Assembly (NCBI GenBank): GCA_041476545.1
Contig: JBGOTP010000002.1
Span: forward strand, 1 to 54,599
Source of the DNA: Vicinamibacteria bacterium
Lineage (GTDB): Bacteria; Acidobacteriota; Vicinamibacteria; Vicinamibacterales; CAVVIG01
Direction: 5' to 3'
Length of the DNA: 54,599 nucleotides
Numbering within the stretch: the first letter of the stretch is position 1; each line of letters begins with the position of its first letter. The position numbers and the translations under genes are program-made. The notes beneath the pieces are model-generated. The model saw only the letters and a list, made by a program, of their open reading frames with translations. It did not search any database and was not told the DNA's origin. This document shows, piece after piece, positions 27,284 through 35,879 of the stretch.

Positions 27284-29029
27284 ATGCCAGTTCGCACGCG
27301 GATCGCGATGACTCTTGCCTGCGCCCTGGCCGCTTCGGCGGTCATCGGCGCGGCTGACTACACGCTGACGGTCAGCCAGGACCGCCTCAACAACGCGATG
27401 AACGAACCGCAGAACTGGTTGCTGATGAATGGCGACTACGGCTCGACGCGGTACTCGAAGCTCACCCAAATCAACCGCGAGAACGTGAAGAACCTGCGGA
27501 TGGTCTGGGCCATGGCTCTTGGCGGGATGCAGGACGTGGGACAGAACGGTCCGGAGAACGAAGTGAATCCGCTCATCGACAACGGATTCATGTACACGAC
27601 CGATGGCTGGGGGACGGTCTACAAGATCGACGTTCGTACGCCGGACCACGGAGAGTTCAAGTGGGTGGCGGACCTCGCGGTGCAGCACGAGGGCAACGCG
27701 TCGAGGACCCGCGGAATCGCCCTCTGGGAAGACCGTGTGCTCGCGAACCTGCCGGACGGTCGCGTCGTCGCGCTCAATCGCGACACCGGCGAGATTGTGT
27801 GGGACAAGAAGCTCACTGCCAAGACCGAGTTCGGCGGCCAGGAAAAGTTCTTCACGGCGCCGCTCGTCGCCGACGGTAAGGTGATCGTGCAAAACGGGGC
27901 CGGAGACGCCGGCACGCGCGGGTGGGTGGCCGCGCTCGACGTGAAGACGGGCAACGAACTGTGGCGCTTCTACACGGTGCCGAAGCCGGGCGATCCCGGG
28001 AGTGAAACCTGGAAGGACGACCACAACGCGTGGAAGACCGGCGGGGGCGGTATCTGGCAAACCGGATCGTACGACCCGGTCCAGAAACTTTATATCGTGG
28101 GCACCGGCAATCCGTATCCGATCTACGATCCGCAGTTCCGTCCTGGCGACAACCTGTACACCAACTCGGTCATCGCGCTCAACGTCGACACGGGCAAGCT
28201 GGCGTGGCATTTTCAATACACGCCCAACGACTCCTGGGACTTCGACGAAGTGGGCGTCCACATGCTGTACGACACGACGATCAACGGCGAGAAGCGCAAG
28301 GTCGTCGGCCACTACGGGCGCAACGGTTTCTACTACTCGCTCGACAGGACGACCGGGAAGTTCATCAAGTCCGAGAAGTACGTCAACGACCTGAACTGGA
28401 CGAAGGGCATCGATCAGAAGACCGGAAAGCCGATGGAGTACAGCGCGAAGCTCGACGTGCAGCTCTATAACCCCGAGGCGCGTGCCTTGCGCGGGGACGG
28501 GATGAAACGCACGTGTCCGACCTGGCACGGGGGGATTGCCCACCAGCCGCTCGCGTTCAACCCGGTCAAGGGCATCGCGTACGGCGTCGGGACCGAAGGG
28601 TGCTTCTCGCAGAACGGCGCGGAGGTGAAGTCACGATCTCCGGACGGCGGGATCGACAACCGCGGAAGTCAGCAACGCAAATACACGAGCGACCTGTATT
28701 ACGGCGCGGTCACCGCGTTCGACGCCGTCAATCACAAGGTGCTCGCCAAGGCGGTCACCGGCATCGAGATCCGATCCGGCGTCACCGCGACAGCGGGCGG
28801 CGTCGTGTTTACCGCATTGCAGGACGGGTGGATTGTCGCCTACAACGACGAGACGCTCGAGGAACTCTGGCGCTTCAATCTGGGCACGCCGCTCAAGGGA
28901 TCGCCAGTGACCTACGCGGTGGGACCGAAACAGTATCTGGCGGTGCAGACGAGCGGCCGGCATCAGCATCCGGTGAAATTCGACAACCTCCAGAACTCGA
29001 GCTACCTGTTCGTCTTCGCCCTGAACTAA
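27284..29029 (+). CDS. PQQ-dependent dehydrogenase, methanol/ethanol family, divergent (not canonical MxaF/XoxF/ExaA)
   Basis: ATG 27284 is preceded by GGGAGA, and a signal peptide is present. Has WLLMNGDYGSTRYSKLTQIN, GTGNPYPIYDPQFRPGDN and NDSWDFDEVG. There is no Cys-Cys pair at the expected position (HEGNASRTRGIALW). Confidence 0.85.
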   Translation: MPVRTRIAMTLACALAASAVIGAADYTLTVSQDRLNNAMNEPQNWLLMNGDYGSTRYSKLTQINRENVKNLRMVWAMALGGMQDVGQNGPENEVNPLIDNGFMYTTDGWGTVYKIDVRTPDHGEFKWVADLAVQHEGNASRTRGIALWEDRVLANLPDGRVVALNRDTGEIVWDKKLTAKTEFGGQEKFFTAPLVADGKVIVQNGAGDAGTRGWVAALDVKTGNELWRFYTVPKPGDPGSETWKDDHNAWKTGGGGIWQTGSYDPVQKLYIVGTGNPYPIYDPQFRPGDNLYTNSVIALNVDTGKLAWHFQYTPNDSWDFDEVGVHMLYDTTINGEKRKVVGHYGRNGFYYSLDRTTGKFIKSEKYVNDLNWTKGIDQKTGKPMEYSAKLDVQLYNPEARALRGDGMKRTCPTWHGGIAHQPLAFNPVKGIAYGVGTEGCFSQNGAEVKSRSPDGGIDNRGSQQRKYTSDLYYGAVTAFDAVNHKVLAKAVTGIEIRSGVTATAGGVVFTALQDGWIVAYNDETLEELWRFNLGTPLKGSPVTYAVGPKQYLAVQTSGRHQHPVKFDNLQNSSYLFVFALN

Positions 29030-29038
29030 CGTCGCGTT

Positions 29039-29056
29039 GCAGGGCTGAAGCCCTGC
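29039..29056. terminator. GC hairpin GCAGGGC-TGAA-GCCCTGC between convergent genes
   Basis: 7-bp GC-rich stem with a 4-nt loop, located in the 28-nt gap between the stops at 29029 (+) and 29058 (-). No U-tract, so it may be a REP element rather than an intrinsic terminator. Confidence 0.45.
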
Positions 29057-29057
29057 A

Positions 29058-29648
29058 CTACTTAGGAAACTCGCTGCAGGTCTCGACGTCCGATCCCCAG
29101 AAGGCGATGCAGGCCGCGCGATCCATCGCGCCCTTGCCGATCACCTTGGCAAAGAGAAAGTCGGTGAGCTGCTCGATCTCGCGCGGCTGCAGCGTCGCCG
29201 CGGGATCGGGCAGCTCCAGGTTGAGCCGCTTCAGATCCGCCGCCGTGATGTTGTTGCATCGACCGTCGCTATAGGCAAGGCGATCGAAGGCCGGCATCTG
29301 CTTTCCCGGTCGTCCGCATTTGATGGCGCGGACAATGGCGTCGCGATCGAGGCGAGTGATGCGGAGGTTGGCGCCGTCGGGCATCTGCGTGTCCATCTTT
29401 CGTCCATCGCCTGCCCAGCCGTGGCACGACTGGCAGTCGGCCTTCTGGCGGTAGATTCGCATGCCGGCGGCCACGTCTGTCGGGTCTGGCGCGGGCGCCT
29501 GTGCGTGCGCGACCGGCCCGCCAACCATTACGATCCCGGTGACCCCGGTGACCCCGGTGACAACGACGAGGAGCGACAGCGCAAGCGCGCGACGCGGTGG
29601 CGTCAGCGACCGTGTCCAGAAGCGAAGAGCTCGCGTGCGTGTGTTCAA
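29058..29648 (-). CDS. c-type cytochrome (mono-haem, membrane-anchored or exported)
   Basis: 196 aa with a TTG start at 29648 (uncertain). Has a hydrophobic N-terminal segment and the haem motif DCQSCHGW. Confidence 0.75.
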   Translation of the reverse strand: MNTRTRALRFWTRSLTPPRRALALSLLVVVTGVTGVTGIVMVGGPVAHAQAPAPDPTDVAAGMRIYRQKADCQSCHGWAGDGRKMDTQMPDGANLRITRLDRDAIVRAIKCGRPGKQMPAFDRLAYSDGRCNNITAADLKRLNLELPDPAATLQPREIEQLTDFLFAKVIGKGAMDRAACIAFWGSDVETCSEFPK

Positions 29649-29788
29649 GCGTGTCTCCTGTCTGCCGCCGACGCTATCATTCCTCTTGCGTGCCCGGCAA
29701 GCTTGCAGGCTTTGGCTCTAGCGGGATGCCACAGACCATCGAGCCACGGGCATTGCTCACCAGACAGAGACCCTCTACTCTTAGCCCG

Positions 29789-32700
29789 ATGCCGGCCAGC
29801 CGCCCGTTCACAGCCGACGCCGCCGCGCGCCGCGCCATCGTCGAGGATCTGCAGCAGACGCTCGTCGTCGAAGCCGCGGCGGGTACCGGCAAGACCACCG
29901 AACTCGTCAACCGGATCCTTCGCATCCTCGAGAGCGCGCCACCGATTGGCGCGAAGATGAAAGAGATCGTCGCCGTCACGTTCACGGAGAAGGCGGCGGG
30001 TGAACTGAAGCTGCGGCTGCGCGAGCGGCTGGAAGAGGAACGCGCCCGCCTTCGCTCGCCAGGTGGGCCTGGTGGGGCGGGTGAGCCGGGTGGGGCAGGC
30101 GGGGCGGGCAGGGCAGGCACAGACACCGTGCTCGCGCGGTTGGACAACGCCCTCGAGACGCTCGAAGAAGCGCACGTCAACACCATTCACGGTTTCTGCG
30201 CCGAGCTGCTGCGGGAGCGTCCCGTCGAAGCGCGTGTCGATCCGCTGTTCACCGTGCTCACCGAAGCGCAGGCCGATCGCCTCTATCAGCGTGCGTTCCA
30301 CGGCTGGCTGCAGCAGGCGCTGGCCGATCCACCAGAGGGGCTGCGGCGCGCCCTGCGCCGCACGAGCGCCGCGACGTTCGGCAGCGGCGACGGCGATGGA
30401 CCCGTGGACCGCGTGCGGGGAGCCGGCCGGATGCTGGCCGAGTGGCGCGACTTCGACGCGCCGTGGCGGCGTCCGCCGTTCGATCGGGTCGCGTGCCTCG
30501 GTCGTCTCATCGCCAGTCTTCATCACCTGGCGGACCTCACCGCGAAGCCTTCTTCGGAGCGCGACAACCTGTTCATCGACACAGACGCGGTGCGCCGGCT
30601 GAGTCAACAGATTCGTCTCGAGGAGTCGTTCGGCCACCGCGATCTCGATGGGTGGGAAGCCCGGCTGGTCGACCTGGTTCGCGATCGCGGTCTGTCACGG
30701 ACGCGGAAGGGCAGCGGCTATAAGTTCGGTCCGGACGCGACCCGAGTGGACGTCCTCTCCGCGAGAGATGCCTTCTTCGCTGGCCTGCAGCAGTTCAAAC
30801 GCGACGCGGACGCCGATTTGGCCGCCTGCCTTCAGCAGGAACTGGTGGGAGCGACCGCTCGCTATCAGGCCCTGAAGGTCGCCGCCGGCGCGCTCGACTT
30901 TGCCGATCTGCTCGCGCGCGCCCGCGATCTCATCCGAGACGACGGCAGCGTGCGCCGGCATCTGCAATCCAAGTTCACGCGCGTCTTTGTCGACGAGTTC
31001 CAGGACACGGATCCGATTCAGGCCGAGATCGTGATGCTGCTCGCGGCCGACAATCCGGACGAGACCCGCTGGGAAGAGATCGCGCCGATTTCCGGCAAGC
31101 TCTTCATCGTCGGCGATCCGAAGCAGGCCATCTATCGTTTTCGCGGCACCGACGTCGGCACGTACTGGCGAGTCAGCCGGCAGATTGAGCGCCGCGGCGG
31201 GCAGGTGCTGCAACTCACGAAGAGCTATCGCAGTGTGCCGGAGATTCAGCGATTCATCAATGCGGCGTTCAGTGTGGAGATGACCGCCGACGAATATACG
31301 TTGCAGGCGGGTTACGTGCCGCTGTCCGAGCATCGTCTTTCGGAGACGTCGCAGCCGCCGATTGTGGTGTTGCCAGTACCGCGGCCCTATTCCTCGTACG
31401 CGTCCCGTGGGTTTGTCAAAGCGTCAGCCAAGGCGATCGAGACATCTCTTCCCGACGCGGTCGGCGCGTTCATTGCCTGGATCGTGGACGAAAAGAACGG
31501 CTGGACCGTTGCCGAGCGCCAGCCGGATGGTGTAGAGGCCCGCGTGCCGGTCCAACCGCGTCACGTCGCCGTGCTCTTTCGGCGCTTCGTGAATTTTGGC
31601 GAGGACATTACGCGTCGCTACACGGATGCGATCGAGGCGCGCGGGATTCCGCATCTGCTCGTGGGCGGCAAGGCGTTCCACGGACGAGAGGAGGTCGAAA
31701 CGATGCGCGCGGCGCTCGCCGCTATCGAGTGGCCAGACGATGAGCTGTCGGTGTTTGCGACGTTGAAGGGCTCGCTCTTCGCCATAGACGACGAGAAACT
31801 CCTCGAGTTCCGCCACCGGTTCAAGACGTTCCACCCGTTCCGCGTGCCGAAGGAGCTCGGTGGCAATCGTGGCGAGGACCTCGTGCTCACCGCGGAACCG
31901 ACGACACATCTGATGCCGATTGCCGAGGCGATGCGGCTGCTGCAGCAGTTGCACCGGGCGAGAAACTACCGGCCCGTCGCCGACACGATCGGCCGGTTGC
32001 TGTCGGAGACGCGCGCGCACGTCGGTTTCATTCTGCGGCCGGCGGGGGAGCAGGCGCTCGCGAATGTGCTCCATGTGGCGGAGCTCGCGCGGCAGTACGA
32101 AGCGAACGGTGGCATTTCGTTCCGCGGATTCATCGACGAGTTGCGCGAGGCGGCCGAGTCCGAGGGAGCGGAGGCGCCCATTCTCGAGGAGAGCAGCGAC
32201 GGCGTCCGGCTGATGACGGTCCATAAGGCGAAGGGGCTCGAGTTTCCTGTCGTGATTCTGGCCGACATGACCTGCAAGATGAACCGTCCCGACGCCAGCC
32301 GGTATCTCGATGCGAGCCGGCGGCTGTGCGCGATGAAGATCGGCGGCTGGACACCGGACGAAGTTCACGAACACGAGGCTCAAGAAGTCGCGCGCGATCA
32401 AGCCGAAGGCGTGCGGCTGGCGTACGTCGCGGCGACGCGCGCACGCGATCTGCTCGTCGTGCCGGCGCTTGGCGACGAGCCGTGGGAGGGCGGATGGTGC
32501 GGTCCGCTCAATCGCGCGATCTACCCGCCGATGGCGTCGCGCCGGACGGCCGGGCGCGGGCCCAAATGTCCCGCGTTCAAGTCGAAGGACACCGTGCTGC
32601 TGCGGCCGAACGACGAGCCTGCGGGTCCGTCCACGGTCTGTCCCGGGCGGCATGACTTCCCGGAGTCCGGCTATTCCCTCGTCTGGTGGGACCCCACGCC

Positions 32701-33430
32701 GAGCGGCGGCCTCGATCTCGGACGGAAGGCGCCGTTTGGCGTGCGGCGGGAAGAGCTCATCGTCAAGGACGTGGCGAAGAACGTCGTGGCCGATGGCCGG
32801 ACCAACTATGATCGCTGGCGCCTCGCACGCATAGATGCCATCACCGCCGGATCGGAGCCGTCGATCCGGTTCGACACCGTACGTCAGTGGAGTGATCGCA
32901 GGCCCGAGCTTGAGTTCGGGCGCCCAATCGGGCGTCCGGATGCCGTCGAAATCATCACCGTGCCCGCGGCGGCGGAGGCGATCGATCGGCGCGGGGGCGC
33001 CGCATTCGGCGTTCTCGTCCATGCGATTCTCGCGCGAGCGCCGTTTGATGCCACGCGGCCTGTGCTCCAGGAGATTGCGGAGATGGAGTCGCGCATCATC
33101 GGACTCACCGACGAAGATGCGACGGCCGCCGCCGCGACCGTCGAGGGCGTCCTTCGCCACGATCTCCTTGTTCGCGCGCGTGCTGCGTCGAGCCGTGGCG
33201 CCTGTCGTCGAGAGACACCGGTCACGCTGACCCTGCCCGACGGCACGCTCGTCGAAGGCATCGTCGATCTCGCGTTCGAAGAACACGGCGTGTGGACGGT
33301 GGTCGACTACAAGACGGATCGTGAGCTGGAGGTTGGCGAGGAGTCCTATCGCCGCCAGGTCGCGTTTTACGCCGCGGGGATCGCCGCAGCCACCGGAAGC
33401 ACTGCGAAGGGCATCCTCGTGCGTTTGTAG
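29789..33430 (+). CDS. addA: AddA-like UvrD/Rep-family helicase with C-terminal PD-(D/E)XK nuclease
   Basis: Start at MPASRPFTAD (ATG 29789; alternative ATG 29726). Walker A is EAAAGTGKTT. Has FVDEFQDTD, LTKSYRS and VHKAKGLEFPVV. The C-terminal nuclease has GIVDLAF and VVDYKTD. Confidence 0.8.
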   Translation: MPASRPFTADAAARRAIVEDLQQTLVVEAAAGTGKTTELVNRILRILESAPPIGAKMKEIVAVTFTEKAAGELKLRLRERLEEERARLRSPGGPGGAGEPGGAGGAGRAGTDTVLARLDNALETLEEAHVNTIHGFCAELLRERPVEARVDPLFTVLTEAQADRLYQRAFHGWLQQALADPPEGLRRALRRTSAATFGSGDGDGPVDRVRGAGRMLAEWRDFDAPWRRPPFDRVACLGRLIASLHHLADLTAKPSSERDNLFIDTDAVRRLSQQIRLEESFGHRDLDGWEARLVDLVRDRGLSRTRKGSGYKFGPDATRVDVLSARDAFFAGLQQFKRDADADLAACLQQELVGATARYQALKVAAGALDFADLLARARDLIRDDGSVRRHLQSKFTRVFVDEFQDTDPIQAEIVMLLAADNPDETRWEEIAPISGKLFIVGDPKQAIYRFRGTDVGTYWRVSRQIERRGGQVLQLTKSYRSVPEIQRFINAAFSVEMTADEYTLQAGYVPLSEHRLSETSQPPIVVLPVPRPYSSYASRGFVKASAKAIETSLPDAVGAFIAWIVDEKNGWTVAERQPDGVEARVPVQPRHVAVLFRRFVNFGEDITRRYTDAIEARGIPHLLVGGKAFHGREEVETMRAALAAIEWPDDELSVFATLKGSLFAIDDEKLLEFRHRFKTFHPFRVPKELGGNRGEDLVLTAEPTTHLMPIAEAMRLLQQLHRARNYRPVADTIGRLLSETRAHVGFILRPAGEQALANVLHVAELARQYEANGGISFRGFIDELREAAESEGAEAPILEESSDGVRLMTVHKAKGLEFPVVILADMTCKMNRPDASRYLDASRRLCAMKIGGWTPDEVHEHEAQEVARDQAEGVRLAYVAATRARDLLVVPALGDEPWEGGWCGPLNRAIYPPMASRRTAGRGPKCPAFKSKDTVLLRPNDEPAGPSTVCPGRHDFPESGYSLVWWDPTPSGGLDLGRKAPFGVRREELIVKDVAKNVVADGRTNYDRWRLARIDAITAGSEPSIRFDTVRQWSDRRPELEFGRPIGRPDAVEIITVPAAAEAIDRRGGAAFGVLVHAILARAPFDATRPVLQEIAEMESRIIGLTDEDATAAAATVEGVLRHDLLVRARAASSRGACRRETPVTLTLPDGTLVEGIVDLAFEEHGVWTVVDYKTDRELEVGEESYRRQVAFYAAGIAAATGSTAKGILVRL

Positions 33431-33492
33431 GTCCGTGCCGGCCAGCCTCTTCCGCGTCGACGAGAAGCCTCATCGTTGTTGGGAAACCGATC

Positions 33493-34488
33493 TCAGCGCT
33501 TCTCTTCCGCGCGGGCTCCGCTCAGAATGCCCGTCATGGCGTAGTTGCCTTCGTGGCAGGCGACTTCATAGATCTGTTCCGTCGTCCGCTTCAGCGGCAC
33601 GGCCGCTGTCCACGGTTGCGTCCATGCCGTCGGATCGTCGAGGGTGACTTGGTAGCCGATTCCGCCCGGACCCGTGCGCGTGAAGCGCTCGACGAGGTGC
33701 AGGTTCTCGCCTGACCCGAACACATTGTTCAGTGGTGTGAAATTCGTCGTGTCGACGACGAGGGTCTGGCCTTCCCAATGACCGCGCGAATCGCCGGCCC
33801 AGCGCCTGATGCGCGGCGAAAGATGCGGTCCGCCCTGCAGGGGAATGACGCGGGCCTCGTGGATGTTTTCCATCAGCAGCACGACATACCCTGGACTCTG
33901 AAGGATTTGGACATAGGTGAGGTTGCCGCCGCGCAGGCGTGGGACTTCGTACGTGAGACAGCGCACTTCGTTGGCGAGCGCCTCGGGATCGCTCGGCGAC
34001 GCGACACGCGCCCGCAGGAGCGCCGACTGTCGGGCCTGGCCTCGTGCCGTGTAGGGGATTTTCCCATCGGGCGGATCAACAATCACCGATGTCCGGTTGT
34101 CGAATTCCCGACGCTCGATCGCGAGCGCGTTGTCGGTGGTATTCGCGTTCTTGTACCGATCAACATTCGCGAGCGCCGCAAGAAATACACTGTCGCCGAT
34201 CCCGGCGTCGCTCGCGTCCTTACCAAAGATTCGATCTGCCCTGCGCTGGAGGTCAGCCACTTCCGCGTCACTCAGCAGGACTTTCCCTTCGAGTTCCTTC
34301 GGCCGCTCCAAGGGTGTCGCGCTGTTGTTCATCCACACGCCCTGCAGATCGGGCTGACCGTCCGGGGTGAGCGGCGCGACCCATTTGCCGGCGTTCGCCT
34401 TCTGTCCGGCACGCGCGGATACGGATGATCCAGGTTCGATCAGGACCAGCACAGAGAGCATGACCAGGAGCGCGCGCACGGGACGCAT
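33493..34488 (-). CDS. exported hypothetical protein
   Basis: A start at MRPVRALLVMLSVLVLIE (ATG 34488) gives a signal peptide. The composition is coding-like. I do not recognise any family. Confidence 0.55.
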   Translation of the reverse strand: MRPVRALLVMLSVLVLIEPGSSVSARAGQKANAGKWVAPLTPDGQPDLQGVWMNNSATPLERPKELEGKVLLSDAEVADLQRRADRIFGKDASDAGIGDSVFLAALANVDRYKNANTTDNALAIERREFDNRTSVIVDPPDGKIPYTARGQARQSALLRARVASPSDPEALANEVRCLTYEVPRLRGGNLTYVQILQSPGYVVLLMENIHEARVIPLQGGPHLSPRIRRWAGDSRGHWEGQTLVVDTTNFTPLNNVFGSGENLHLVERFTRTGPGGIGYQVTLDDPTAWTQPWTAAVPLKRTTEQIYEVACHEGNYAMTGILSGARAEEKR

Positions 34489-34571
34489 GATGACCACCTT
34501 CCAGTTCAGAGTAAGGACAACTGTGAGATTGCGCCGAGTATACTCGGGGCGGTCGTAGTACAGTCTGGCGC

Positions 34572-35174
34572 ATGCGTATCCGACAAGCGACACACATACT
34601 GGCGGGATTGGTGTGCATCGCGACGATCGCGGCGCCGGCGTGGGCGCAGCCGGCTGCGACGGGAACGCCGGGCGGACAGCTGCGGGGCGAAATCGGGCTG
34701 ACGTTCAACGTCCTGCGGTATGAGGGAGAGACCTCCAGGGCCGGTTTCGGCGTTGATGTCTCCAGAACGATTGGTCAGCCTGGGAACGACGTGAGTGTTC
34801 AAATTGCCGGGGATCTGGGCGTCAGCTATTTTGCCGGCGCTTCCGACGCCACGTACACCTATTCCGGCGCGACGCAGACCTCACTCATGGGTGGCATCCG
34901 ACTCGTCGTGCGTGGCCGGTCCAAGGCGACGCTCTTTGCCCAGGCGCTCGCGGGCGCGATGCGCTGCTGCAGCGAGACCGACGCGGCCACGATGTTCGGA
35001 GTCGGCGTCGACGTGCCCGTCAGTGGGAGACGAGTCAATTTACGGTTGCAGGCCGATGTGCCGGTGGTCTTCTTCAAGGCCGGCGTCAACGACGACGGCA
35101 CGGCCTACGACGCCGGTCACGACTTCGGGTTTCGGGTCAATGTTGGTCTCGCGATTGCCCTCGGCGGTCGATAG
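34572..35174 (+). CDS. small outer-membrane beta-barrel protein
   Basis: 200 aa with a signal peptide ending APAWAQ. Alternating beta-strand pattern (VGVDVPV, LRLQADVPVVFF, GFRVNVGLAIAL). Confidence 0.6.
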   Translation: MRIRQATHILAGLVCIATIAAPAWAQPAATGTPGGQLRGEIGLTFNVLRYEGETSRAGFGVDVSRTIGQPGNDVSVQIAGDLGVSYFAGASDATYTYSGATQTSLMGGIRLVVRGRSKATLFAQALAGAMRCCSETDAATMFGVGVDVPVSGRRVNLRLQADVPVVFFKAGVNDDGTAYDAGHDFGFRVNVGLAIALGGR

Positions 35175-35231
35175 GGCCGGGCGAGCTCGCCCGCCGTCAG
35201 GGCGACTGCCGTTGCGGCGTGAGATGCGTCG

Positions 35232-35879
35232 ATGATTCCCGCGCGAGAAGCCCTCGAACGGCTGCGAGACGGTAACGACCGCTTCATGTCCGGCGTTCGA
35301 ATGAGCGACACGCTGGCGAGCCACACACGCCGCAGCGAAGTGGCGGGTGGCCAGGAGCCATTCGCCATCATTCTCGGATGTTCCGACTCGCGAGTGCCGG
35401 CGGAGATCGTCTTCGATCAGGGGCTGGGCGATCTGTTTGTCATCCGCGTCGCCGGCAACATCGTCGCATCTTCTCAAGTGGGCAGCGTTGAGTTCGCCGC
35501 GGCGCGGTACGGCACGCGCCTGGTCGTCGTACTGGGGCATTCTCAGTGCGGGGCGATTCTGGCCACACTCGAAGAGCTTCAGCGGCCCACGGAAAACCAG
35601 TCACGGAATCTGCGTTCGATCGTTGATCGCGTGCGGCCCTCGGTCGAATCGCTGCTGGCGACCGATCTCCGGCACGACGCGGAAGCGCTGGTCGGGCACG
35701 CCGTGCGGGCCAACGTCCGCGTCTCGGCCAACCATCTGCGGCACGGATCGGAAGTCCTCGAGCAGCTGATCCAGGGCGACGGGCTCCTTGTCGTGGGCGC
35801 TGAATACTCTCTCGAGACCGGCCGGGTTGATTTCTTCGACGGTGTGCCGGCCTACGATCCTTCCGCCGCCACGAATTGA
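35232..35879 (+). CDS. beta-class carbonic anhydrase
   Basis: Has the zinc ligand motifs CSDSRVPAE and GHSQCGA, and FVIRVAGN. Confidence 0.88.
   Translation: MIPAREALERLRDGNDRFMSGVRMSDTLASHTRRSEVAGGQEPFAIILGCSDSRVPAEIVFDQGLGDLFVIRVAGNIVASSQVGSVEFAAARYGTRLVVVLGHSQCGAILATLEELQRPTENQSRNLRSIVDRVRPSVESLLATDLRHDAEALVGHAVRANVRVSANHLRHGSEVLEQLIQGDGLLVVGAEYSLETGRVDFFDGVPAYDPSAATN

Noticed and set aside
27173-28543. N-terminal 457 codons of the 1149-aa ORF 25094..28543
   Set aside because: It is antisense to the PQQ dehydrogenase gene 27284..29029. A signal-peptide start with an RBS exists at 27172, so it is a shadow ORF typical of high-GC DNA.
27284-29029. Calling this gene xoxF (lanthanide methanol dehydrogenase)
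   Set aside because: The diagnostic extra Asp is present. However, the Cys-Cys pair and the Glu/Asn ligands appear replaced, and no xoxJ/xoxG-type operon is seen. I therefore keep it as a divergent family member only.
12612-33430. PD-(D/E)XK nuclease plus UvrD-type helicase as a phage-defence pair (Gabija-like or similar)
   Set aside because: Their sizes (1124 and 1213 aa), the four-Cys Fe-S nuclease motif in the first, and the helicase plus C-terminal nuclease in the second fit housekeeping AddAB. The genes are also not adjacent.
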